Of a stretch of DNA of 64,000 nt, positions 52,592 to 64,000 are shown in pieces; within the stretch, counting starts at the first letter, position 1, and every line of letters starts with the position of its first letter. The position numbers and the translations under genes are program-made. The stretch is taken from NCBI GenBank assembly GCA_964016885.1, contig OZ024740.1, forward strand, positions 281,790,001 to 281,854,000, given 5' to 3'. The stretch is from Eledone cirrhosa (taxonomy: Eukaryota). The notes below the pieces were generated by a model that saw only the letters and a program-made list of their open reading frames with translations, was not told where the DNA came from and did not search any database.

Positions 52592-54940
52592 ATAAAGGAA
52601 TATATATATATATATACATGTTCAATGTTAAAAATAGATGATGAAGTGCGTTAGTTCATCGCTATTATTTTAAATAATATTATATATTGTGTCGTAGTAT
52701 CCGAAATGAATAGATCACCATTGATTTCTGTCCTAGCTGCTTGTAGTCCAGCTGCGGCTATTGATGACATATTACGTTTAGCCAAACCTTTGTATCTCCG
52801 TCACTGCCTACCCTGATTTCTCCTACCACTAGACAATTGAGAGTGGGGTATTTGTCTTGACAACCGAGTTTTTTACATTCTTTGAATATCTAGCTAGCAA
52901 AGGTTTCATTGCATCAATACTTATTCCATCGCTTTTTCTAGGATGATGGTATTCCAGACCTTATCTTTACGCGATCTCTCTCAGATGTCTCATGAATGCA
53001 TGGTTTTTAAAAACCATTATGTTGTATATCGTCTATACTTGCGTATAATAGGGTGGCTGATACTAATGCACGGTATACTTTGCGCTGATTTAAACAGACA
53101 CGTGCTTGTTCCACCAGTCGCAATATTTTCGTTCTATATCGTTACGTAAAATTGAAGCCGCGTAAATTATATAAAACGAAAATTGGTTATATTTCTGCAA
53201 TCTTATATTTTCGATGCGTTAAAGTTAAAAAAGAACAACGTTTTTTTGGAGCTTTCTTTCTTTTAAATCGCTACTTTCATATATCTCTACAATTTTTTTT
53301 TTCATTTATTTATTAAATCAATGACTTTAACAATTTAGGTATTGAAAGTTTGTTAGTTAATGCAAAGATCGAAACAACACTTACACTCCAATACAATGTA
53401 AATAAGATTTTATTTGAAACGTCATTCAATCGTAGGACAGCCAGTTAACTAATTCCACCACAATTGATTTAATTTATTACAAGATTACCCCTCCCTTTTT
53501 TTGTGTATAATCCGAAAGTAGAAAGCTTTATCCTTCCTTTAGAAAGTGACGGCATTACAAGAATGGATAAAAAAACTGTTTTACCACATTCGTGGTAAAA
53601 TAGAGAAGTGTGGATTTACTTTAATAGTCACCCACCTACGGAATGTCAACAAGCTTAACATTCTCTATTGTCATTTTTCTTTTTTCGCTTCATATTTACT
53701 TTCCATTGACTTTAAGCACAGGGGTCTGACATAATTTCTGAAATCGTGAAATATTTTCCCTTCAAATAATATAGAATTGGATTGGAATGCTCAAACACAT
53801 ACTGAAATATTTCCCTTTTCCTACATCTCCGAGACTAAAACTTATAATGATTATAATGATTACTATTATTTTTTAAGATTCAGATTTTTTAAGTTTTGCG
53901 AGATTCACTCGACATGGCATATACATCTCATCGAATGAATTCTCATCTATTCATTCATCTGATTTATATCTATCATATTTATTTATTAAAATCCGTAACG
54001 TTCACTACATAGCCTGGCACACTATTCCATTCATTAATAACGTGTTCAGAATAATTTTTTCTGGTGTTGTTAGAGCATTGTTTCTTAAAAAGTAGATAAT
54101 TGTGACCTTATATTTTCATTTTACTCGAACAATATTCTAGCATTTATATTTTCATGTCCTCTCATCATTTAAAATCAACTCCTCCTTTGCTTTCTCTCCT
54201 CCAAAGTTGTAATCTTAGATTTCTACATATTTCTTCATTAGACATATCTCAATACTGGTGGTGTCTTTGTTGCTCTTTGGATTCTGTCAATAATTTCTAT
54301 GTATTAGATGTGCTGCCCAAAACTTTAGAATCTATTTCAGTGATACATAAAAGTATAAACTGAAGGGCGTGGATGCTGATAACTAGATAGGTAAAAAGAT
54401 CGCAAATAACTAACAGGATATATAAAGATCTGTGATTCTCAACATGGGTGGGGGGCAATTTGAATATTTAAGGGCGGCAATTTGAAAATGATGTTAATGG
54501 GAACAAACTTCAGGGTTTATCTTATTATTTTTACACCAAGGCAACTTTGGTACACATTACTGTCAGAAACCCGTGTTTCACCTACTCCACACATTATTGT
54601 TCATCTGGCACCACCTATACACCAATTTGTTAACACTTTGCAGTTGATCAGCGTTCTTTTCATATCATAACAGTTGTGGTGATGTTGAGGTGGGGCATGG
54701 TGCACAAAAGGTTCAGAACCACTGATAGATAGATTTAAAGGTAGATGTAAAGGTGCATAATGATAGTTAAGAAATGTAAGGGGACTAATAACTTAACTAG
54801 CACAGGGCCTCATTTGTCCTAAATCCGGCACTGCATGGACACATGAATGTATCTGGCAACCTGATCCTGATCTTTTACCCACCTATCCTTCTGTCTATGT
54901 ATCTATCCACCTACCTTCATATCAATCTATATATATACCT

Positions 54941-55540
54941 ATATGGTCACGTGATGCGCATGAAGGACGATAGCTGTATAACAAAGTGCAGGGCAATAAA
55001 GATAGACGGTAGCCACGGAATAGGCAGACCCAGAAAAACCTGGGACGAGCTGATAAACTCCGACCTCCCACACTTACACCTCACCAAGACAATGTCACTG
55101 GACCGAGACCTTTGGCGGTACTCAGTAATAGAGAAGACCCGCCTTACCTAAATATAAAGTAAAACCTACTACAGTCAGTAGGCATCTCTAACAAAATACA
55201 CCCCCGTCCCACCCCCCCCCACCCCATCCACACCGCCCCCTTTTATGTAAAGTTATGTTGGTGCCACACCATCCAGGGCGAAACAAATGAGATCGTGTAG
55301 GTGTCACGACAAAAAAACACACAGTCCACGCTGTAATGTGGCCGTGTAGGCAACACGGTAAAAACCTCCCAGACCCACACTGTAAATGTGGTTGGTGTTA
55401 GGAAGGGCATCCAGCTGTAGAAAACCTGCCAGACAGTCCTATGCGAGCAAGACAATCACTCTTGCCTCAAGTGGGAAAACCCCCGTCTAAACCCATGCAA
55501 GCGTGGAACACGGACGTTAAACGTTGATGATGATGATGAT
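54941..55540 (+). mobile_element. 5'-truncated copy of the RTE at 36340-38012, in CRPPA intron 1
   Basis: YGHVMRMKDDSC..GRPRKTW, same 3'UTR and (GAT)n tail. Confidence 0.88.
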
Positions 55541-55988
55541 GCACCAGGCTGTTTATTCATATTTGAACTCAGAACTTAAAAACAAATACTGCAATAGCAT
55601 TTTATTTGATGTTCTACCAATTCACAACCCTTATTAATATTATTAGGATTAGTAGTATCGGTAGAGCGTCAGACACCAAGCTTTGCAGCATAGAGTTATG
55701 GCCCTTTATGTTCTGAGTTCAAATCCTGCCAAGCTTGGCTTTGCCTTTCATCCCTACGGGATCAATAAAATAAAGTACCAGTAATGCACTGGGATAATTG
55801 CTGGTCTTCTGCCAAAAGTAGAAACAATTATTAATATAATATAGTTATAGAAAAACAGGGACACAGCAGTCATTCTCACTATTTGACCCATCTTTACTTT
55901 AAAGTAAAGGTGGGCTGTCTGTCAACTTCTCAATCTATTTACCTATCTGCCTATCTATCTAACTATTTATCTATTTACTTATCAGTCT

Positions 55989-56820
55989 TACCTGTTCGGT
56001 AGGACATTCAGCCCGGGACCCATGGATAACTTCCAGAGGTCCCTGGCCTGGCAGTGCTACAGAAGGGCTCTGCCCGTTCGAGAAAGGCTCTACAGACACG
56101 GGCGCCCGGGTAGGGACCTCTCGAAAAAGATCTGTCCCAGATGCGTGTGCGACGAGGAAACCGTTGCACACGCATTGGTACACTGCTCGGGCGTTGCCGA
56201 TCTGTGGGGCTATGTCGAACAACTGCTGTCAAGGGTGGGACCGATCCGGTTGACCACTGAGTCTATTGTAACGATCAAGCCGCCTACCTCTTCAAAAACG
56301 AAGGAGAGGCGGTGTTTCTGTGCGTAATAGCCATGGCGAAAGAGGTTGTATGGTGGACGCGTCTGAAAAGACTGAGGTCAGACACCTTTCTCTCTGGCCA
56401 ACAACTGGTCCGTTTCTTCCGATATCATTTCGGAAGAAGGATCAGGATGGAGAGAGAGGTGCTGCACCCCAGCCGTTTTTATGAAAGATGGGTGAAAGTG
56501 GCGAGAATGGCCCGTGTGAATGGGCCTTCACTCTACATCAGACTATAGGTGAGGAAGATGAAAGACCAAGAGAGCACCCCTTCTCTGTGCTCCTGAGGAG
56601 AAGGGTTGCACACTTTTTTCGGGGGTGTGTGCGACCCCCCCCACAAGGCGCCTCCTCTCTATTGAGGATTTTGTTATAAATTTTATTTTGTCATATTTTA
56701 TTTTATTTTTATATTTTGTTATTGCCTCCTCCTTATTGAGGACGCCTTGTTATGTAAACTCCCCCCCCCCCATTGTACTTGTCCCACTTTTTGATGCCCT
56801 GGTGGCAAATAAAAAGAAAA
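55989..56820 (+). mobile_element. 5'-truncated Tx1/L1-clade LINE with 22-bp TSD
   Basis: MDNFQRSLAWQCY..CPRC..ETVAHALVHC, homologous to 25340-25885; TSD TTATCTATTTACTTATCAGTCT at 55967-55988 and 56821-56842. Confidence 0.9.
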
Positions 56821-57305
56821 TTATCTATTTACTTATCAGTCTATTTAGCAGGGAAATACATTCAATTTGACATGTGTGCATATCCATATACTCAATGTAT
56901 AAATATATATACACATTTCTGCAGTCTCAGTTTCCTCTGTGCTGTATATATACGGATATGAATTTATTGTACACTTTGGTTGTTTAGCACACAACTTAAT
57001 ATACATCAAAATTATTTACCAACATGAATGCTAATAATATGCAAATTAGTATGTCCATTTCAGTGATACTACTATAAGTGATAGGTTATATACACACACC
57101 TCTTATGTTATTTCTTGTGGTTGTTTAGATGATGTACATATCTTCTGATGGTAACCCCCAAAGGCTTGAACATCTATTTAAGTTATTTATCATTTATTTC
57201 AATTTACAAGGAAATATGTAAAATTTGATATGAATATGTCTATATACTTAAAGTAAATTCATATTCACATTCACATAATTTCTATTACCTCAGTATTGTA
57301 TATAG

Positions 57306-57491
57306 CAGGCATGTCAAATTTAGGGTGGCCACATGGGTCACATGTGTTGTCTGAGGGCCAGACACAACTAATTGCGCACATTACAACTCATTTTTTAAAT
57401 GTCATATTTCGAAGATAAACATGCTTGCGCTGTAAACAGCTTTGTGTGGCTGCAGGTGTTCTTGTAAAGGGCCGCATGTTTGACGTGCCTG
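57306..57491. mobile_element. hAT-family MITE
   Basis: TIRs CAGGCATGTCAAA / TTTGACGTGCCTG; perfect 8-bp TSD GTATATAG. Confidence 0.85.
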
Positions 57492-58782
57492 GTATATAGC
57501 ATTATCATTATGTTACGTCGACTTTTTCAAGCTGGCATAGGTTGGATGGGAAATTCTGCCCGTTCTGACACTAACCCTTTTTGTTGCTTGTTTTGACATA
57601 CAGGAATGCAGGGTACCTATTCTAAGCTGAAAATGAGAATTTATTGTATTTTTCAACTGCTTAATACACAATTTGATTTATGTCTGTCTGTTTATTTAGT
57701 TACTTATCAGTCTATTATTTCTCTGCTTGTTTATTCACTTATTAATAGGGGTGTACATGAAGGCATATACAATATGTTTATGTTCAATAACCATATGATA
57801 GTCTTCCTATAAATGTTTTAAGATGTGATCATGTTACAGCTATCTCAGGAGTCTGTAAGAATACTAGACACATGTTTCTGGGTTTTTATCCATCATTGGT
57901 GACATTTACTCACTTGGTACTAAGTCTAGAATAACCTAGAAGCTTATATGCTTTATTACATGTGAAATTTCGACTGATAATGCTCGTTTGCATATAGTGC
58001 AAAATAAAATTTGGGCTGGATATGCTCATATGCACAGAGTGCAAACTTGACTTGCTAGAAATAATTAGCAGTAGCACTAACATTGTGTGGTTCATAATGT
58101 CTGGAATTCTCACCTGTTACTGAGACAGCTGTGACATGGCCACAGCTTAAAAAAAAACAATTCCTCTTTCTCTCTCACAAAGTTAAGAGTAGACTATATT
58201 ATCCTTGTGTATGAAGCGAGAGGCATACGCCTTGAATTGTGAGGAGTCGAAAAAAATGAAACATGTATTTGTGGATGTGCAATTCCTCTCTCTGGAAGAA
58301 ATCTGCTGTATACAGGCCTGGAGAGGTTATGGGCTCCGCCAGGCTTAAAAATACCCAAGAAACGCTGTATGTCAATACAATGCCCCTACAACTCTATCAG
58401 GAGTTACGGGATCATATATACAATTCTAGTGTGTATGAACAATGAAGGTAAAATGAGCTGAGAGAAAAACCAGATATAAGATGTAGTGCAAGAGAGAAAA
58501 TGGCACTAGTATAGGTATGTGATGCAAACAGAAGATGACACTTATATAACTTGTAGAAGGAGTAGATTTACAATCATTTAGAGAGTGGCTCTTGTGTTAC
58601 ATAAGCATTTGTCACTACATAATCTGATGTGTAGGCCCTTTTCATACCACCTACCTCAGAGTGGACAAGGGTTTTTTTTTTTTTTGTTATGTTAAATTGA
58701 AGGCTAAAATTTGCCCCTGCCATACGTCTTCCCTCTCTACACATACACTCAGTAAATGTACATTTGTTTTTTTTATTTTCAG

Positions 58783-58943
58783 GATTTCTTGGGTTCAGAA
58801 AATTATTGTTACTGTTGCTGAGGAGTATACAGAAAGTCTTGAAGATTTAGCTAGCCAACATTTGTTAGACAAAGTACATGTAGCAATTGCTGGAGCTACT
58901 AGGCATCGATCTATATATAATGGTATCAGGACACTTTCTTCAG
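58783..58943 (+). CDS. CRPPA: CRPPA exon 2
   Basis: ttttcag acceptor; ISWVQKIIVTV...AGATRHRSIYNG; donor G|GTAACC. Confidence 0.9.
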
Positions 58944-59280
58944 GTAACCTTTCTAATTGAATTCATATTTAGATTTATCTTGTAATAACTATATTATTTT
59001 TGTTTAACTGTGGAACAATGTCCTTTAATGTCATTTGAAATGATATATTTCAAAATTAATAGTATAATTTTTGCTTCTATTTTTCATTTTCCACAAACTT
59101 GTATGTCTAAAAGAATATTAAATTACTAAATTCAACAACAATTTTATGCTTCTTTTTCTAATTGAAATTAATTTTGGTAACACTGATTATTTTATAATAT
59201 TAAGTTGTATATATGGCCAAAAAAAAATTTAGTTTTTATTAATATAATCTTATGCTTTTTTTGTTGATCCATTGGCACAG

Positions 59281-59381
59281 TTTGTGAAGATATTGATATT
59301 ATCCTTATTAATGAGGCTGCCCGTCCCATTGTCAGTGAATCAGTGATTCAACAGGTGGCACTTGCTGCTCAAAAGCATGGT
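59281..59381 (+). CDS. CRPPA: CRPPA exon 3
   Basis: cag|TT TGT..; CEDIDIILINEAARPIVSESVIQQVALAAQKHG; donor GTGAGT; phases match neighbours. Confidence 0.88.
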
Positions 59382-60924
59382 GTGAGTATTAATACCTCTA
59401 AAGTCTATTATCTTTAATGAAATATCCATATATTTAAATAATCCAATTTACATTGGATATTTTTGGTTTAGTATCTGGTATCCTATATATATTTTTCATT
59501 GTATGTAATAAACACATCCACCTTCTCAGTAAGAAAAGTGTCAGAAACTGGACGTGTACGAGGGTTGGCTGAAAATTCCATAGGCTGACTATGAAGGAGC
59601 GATGCTAGTGCTGTGAAATCTTGCATGCATTAATTTCAACTATTTTTATTAATAACTGCATTGTTTCATTCCAGGGACTATGTTGGAAAATAAACCTCAT
59701 TTCATCATTCTATGAGAGTAACTTGGTCAGGCTATGAATTTTTCTGGTGACCCTTGTGACTGTTAAGTGCTAATGGTCAGGTGGTAGGATTGAATGATCG
59801 GCAATAAGCCATCTCTTGATTTATTGATCCTTATGGGGTAATGAACAAACTAATGACACTGATGTATCGGCTATGTGTGTAAATCAACAATTTTGTTGCA
59901 ACAGGCAGCACCTGTGTTAATGGTATTGAGGCAGGTTTGTCATTTTGGGGTGTGTGTGTATGTATGCTGGTTTGAGGGTAAGAGCATAAACACACATGTA
60001 CATACAAATACCTCATACATAAGCACATATGTACATGCTTGACTACACACCCACATATTTAAAGGTACATGTACACATAAATATATGTGTATATTTACAT
60101 GCATGTGGACTCAAAGAATCCATCATCATCTTCCTTTAATGTCTGTTCTCCCTGCTGGATATATGGGCAGCCAGTCTATATAAGCTCATACACAAATGTA
60201 ATATAGACACACATATACAAATGAACATGTAAATGCCTACATATACACACAAACATGTACAGCCATCTCATATATAATATTGTGGGTATAGGTGTAATGT
60301 GATATAATATAAAATATGCATATACTCTCTTAATTTCATACATGTGCATGTATGTGCGCTATTGTGTTGAATGTTTTGTTGGGAGGTATGTGCAGGGAAG
60401 GTTTGTATATGTGGGTATATATGCACCCATGCAGGCACAGGCCCACAAAGGCATGCATCCATGTATGTAGTTTTTGACAAAGGAAGTACATTAATGTATT
60501 ATGTTATTGGGTTCAGGTATATATTTATATGTGTATCTTTTTTAGTGTGTTGATCTATTTTATATTTGTCTGTTTTGAGGGTTTTGATCAAGATTTTAGA
60601 AAATACTTCCTCTCATGTCTGTATTTTCTGAGGATCTCTAACTTGGATTTCATGTAAAGGTCTCATAATCTTGAGTGTTTCAGGATTAATCCTTTTCAGC
60701 AGTGCATAATTTACTGTGTTTGCTACCATTTTTGTTAGCTCTTGATTTTTCCAGTATATTCAGTTTTATGCTGTTGTCTGTTCATCTTTCAATGGCAAGA
60801 TGTAACTGAAGAATTTGGTCTTGTGTTGCCTTTCAGGCATTCTAAAGTTTGACAAGTTGTTATATATGTTTTTAAAATTACCCTCTATGTCAGAACCACT
60901 AAACATTATATATATTTTATATAG

Positions 60925-61074
60925 GCTGCCGGAATTGTCCGCCCTTTGATCTCAACTGTAATCGCAGTAAATTCTGACAACTTCCTGAAACAGTCTCTTG
61001 ATAGAAATCTGTATCGTGCCAGTGAAATGCCACAGGGATTCAAGCATGACATTATAAAGAAAGCTTATGAAATG
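60925..61074 (+). CDS. CRPPA: CRPPA exon 4 (150 bp)
   Basis: AAGIVRPLISTVI...SLDRNLYRASEMPQGF...AYEM; AG/GT boundaries, phase 0. Confidence 0.92.
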
Positions 61075-61179
61075 GTAAATTGTTATTTAGTTTTTTTCTT
61101 GCATTTTCAAATTCTCTGTTTTCATCTTAATATTCTATGAAACTGTTCAAACGTTATAAACTTTTTATTATTTATTATA

Positions 61180-61470
61180 AAGGTGCATGACCTAGTGGTA
61201 AGGGAGTTGGACTTATGATCGTAGTGTGAAATTCCTGGACTGGGTTGTGTGTTGTGTTCTTGAGCAAAACACTTCATTTTATGTTGCTCCGGTATACTCA
61301 GTTGAAAATGAGTGCCAGCAATAGCTGTGGGTTTAACCCTGCGATGGACTGGCATCCTGTTCAGTGATTTGAGGGTGGAGTCTTGTACTCTCAGTCGCTC
61401 CACGCTACGAAAACTGGGATAAGTACCGGGCTGATGAGCTCCTGGGCTCAAGGCAGACTTTAGACTTTAG
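61180..61470 (+). mobile_element. Second tRNA-derived SINE family
   Basis: tRNA-like head (CCTAGTGGTAAGG), central CTTGAGCAAAACACTT, tail AGACTTT repeated. Confidence 0.6.
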
Positions 61471-61480
61471 ATTATATATT

Positions 61481-61824
61481 ACTAGCAGTGGTACCCGGCC
61501 ACCCGGAACGTGGGCCACCAAACAGACCTAGTCGTGGAAAAACTGTGTGCCTGGACAATATGTAAAGAAAATAAATCGAATACTCTGATGGCTGGATAAT
61601 CTTTAAGATTTTCCTCGATGAAGCAAGAAAAATGCAGGTTTTCACCTAATGCAGGCCCTAGGGGATCAAAAAGTTGAAGTTTTTTATGTGCATAACAATC
61701 CCTGAAACATAAGTAATACACATGTAAAGTTTGAAAAGAATTGGTTGGGTAATTCTCGAGTTTTAAGGATTCAAACTCACACACACACACACACAGACAG
61801 ACATCCTCAGTTTTATATATATAG
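61481..61824 (-). mobile_element. Non-autonomous Helitron-like element
   Basis: Minus strand starts CTATATATATAAAAC..(TG)n and ends with a GC-rich segment then CTAGT. Confidence 0.6.
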
Positions 61825-61976
61825 GTAAGGGCTAAGATTACTTTTGCATGATCAGCAAGTATTTGCAACAAAGAGTAATTTTGGCACTATAATGATTGCA
61901 TTTTCTCTGTATTCAATACTTTTTCCTTTTGTTTGTAAATTCAAATGAACATAAACTTTATATTGTGTAATTACAG

Positions 61977-62081
61977 TGTTCAAATGATGATTTTGAAAAT
62001 GGATCTGAATGTCTACAGCTAGTACAAAAGTATACTAATGTTAATGCCTTTCTTATTGATGGACCATCTTCTTTATGGAAG
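61977..62081 (+). CDS. CRPPA: CRPPA exon 5 (105 bp)
   Basis: CSNDDFENGSECLQLVQKY...GPSSLWK; AG/GT boundaries. Confidence 0.92.
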
Positions 62082-63122
62082 GTAATTTTATTTATTTTCT
62101 CTTTTATTGTATGAATCTTGAGTAATGATTGAAAGAATACAATCACAAATACAAGTAGCCAAAATGGGGTTCCTCCAATGGGTTTTTGGAGTAACGTTAC
62201 TGGATAATGTATAAATCAAATGTAAGATTAATACGAACTGTTGTAAATAACAGCATGGCTAGAAAATAAAATATTTCTTAATCATGCAAATAATATTACA
62301 ATAAACTTGATGTTACTTGATTGATAGATATGTTAGTATCTCCAAGTATTCTATGGCCAAATGTACCTGAAATATCTGGGCACTATTGAATCCTTTATTT
62401 TTGTCAGTTGTGAAGAACTTGAGCTGTTTCCACAGTTCTAATGAAAAATGTAGTATTTTCCAACTATTCTCGAGTTACTAAATTTATTAAAAGTAATTTT
62501 ATAGAGAAATGTATAGTTATTTCTCATCCTTTAATTTTTCTTTTCTCTCAACTCTGTCATTCCTGGATGACAGAGTTGTTGGAACGTTTACTTTAACTTT
62601 AGTTTTCAATCACTGGTTGAACCAAAAGATTGTATGGAGTAAGTGGTTATGGGCATTGATCATTTGCTAGGTCTTGAGAAAGGAGCTATGCTCATGACCT
62701 TTACAGGGCCTTCGCAACCATTGATATTGAAATTGTTTTATCAGATATAAGTATATGTAGATTCACTGTAGATACAGCTAATTCATACAATCACAGACAT
62801 TAACTAGGATTTTTTTCAACACACTGGCGCATATGTGTGTGTATGTGCATATGCACACATTTATATGTATGAGAGTATAAATATAAACATGCACACACAG
62901 CATAGCAAATGGAATGCCAGCCGCTGATTTTTCACCATTCCCTTCCTTACTTTTACATACACAAACACACACACATTGTCTGATGGACAGACGGAAGTCG
63001 CTCAAATTTATATATAGATAAAAATGATGATGATAACAGCAATGATTCTTAGTTTATCTTTCAGAATGTAAATTCAGTTTAATAAATCAACTACTTGTTA
63101 ACTTAGAAGTCTTATTTTTTAG

Positions 63123-63168
63123 GTGACGTATAGAAAAGATTTGTATACAGCAGAAGGAACACTGAAAG
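63123..63168 (+). CDS. CRPPA: CRPPA exon 6 (46 bp); gene continues beyond the window
   Basis: VTYRKDLYTAEGTLK completes the WKVTY.DL motif; AG/GT boundaries. Confidence 0.88.
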
Positions 63169-64000
63169 GTACTCTTTTAATTTTTTTTACTATTTTCTCT
63201 TATCCTACTATGTTTATTTGCATGAATACTTGGTCCTGTAACTCCTGAGGGAGTCAAAGAAGTGCCATATTGATATACAGCATTTCTTGGGCACTTTAAA
63301 ACCTGGCAGAGCCCATCTCTTCAGGCCTGATTACAGCAGATTTCTTCCAGAGAAGAATAGAGAGTGAGAAAATGGAAGTGCGAAAGAGATATAGAGGGAA
63401 AATCGACCCGAAAAGATGAAAGGCAAAGTTGACCTCGGCGAGATTTGAACTTAAAGAGCAGAGAGCCGGAACAAATACTGCAAAGCACTCTATCCGACAT
63501 TCTAATAACTCTGTAAATTTGCCACCCTTAATCTGCTTATTTACTTATGTTTAAAAAAAAAACTACAATTAGTCAATTTTTTTTGAAAGCTAAATACTGG
63601 TTTTTGGTACATAATGAATCAAAGTGTGTAGAAGAAACTAACATGAGAAAAGTAACTATTTATTTTATAGTCTCAAATCTAGAAAGAAAGTGAAACACTA
63701 AATTTGGTTTACAAGTTTTTGTGAAGCCCATTCACAGCTATTTATATCCAACTGGCCTACTTATAAGGATTGAAGTGACAACCATTGATTCTACTCTTTT
63801 TTTTTTTCCTATCACTACTAAAACCACATCAAATCATCAATCAACTGAAGTCAACTGCAAACATCAACTTAGAGATGCTCAAACTGAATTTAAATCATAT
63901 TGATCTCACCAGTTTCAGAAGAGCTATAAAGAGTATGGACACTGCCCTACCACAAGACGGGAATTTCCAGGTCATTTTAAAAACTAAGATAATAGTACAT

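Noticed and set aside
61425-61465. CTGATGA followed by a hairpin as a possible hammerhead
   Set aside because: No GAAA or stem III follows; it is the 3' tail of a SINE.

Overview
AT-rich eukaryotic DNA, probably an octopod cephalopod (inferred from the abundant tRNA-derived SINE family and the TE landscape). There are two divergently oriented host genes: ASTE1/asteroid-like PIN nuclease (minus strand, one 707-aa coding exon, 39238-41361) and the first six exons of ISPD/CRPPA (plus strand, 52302-63168, continuing past the window; intron 1 appears to be GC-AG). The rest is (TA)n/(CA)n microsatellite, decayed non-LTR retrotransposons (Tx1/L1, RTE, CR1/L2-like, R4/Dong-like, CRE-like, Penelope-like), SINEs and MITEs. 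Main result: the first ~19 kb holds about 17 type I hammerhead ribozyme (HHR) motifs in three sequence families. Family A lies once per unit in a highly structured 424-bp non-coding tandem repeat (eight apparently identical units at 15428-19015, older diverged and inverted copies at 1-2583), which looks like a non-LTR retrozyme, i.e. a template for a self-cleaving circular RNA. Families B and C sit at termini of Penelope-like elements, the likely mobilising partners. All structures were folded by eye; nothing was computed or searched.
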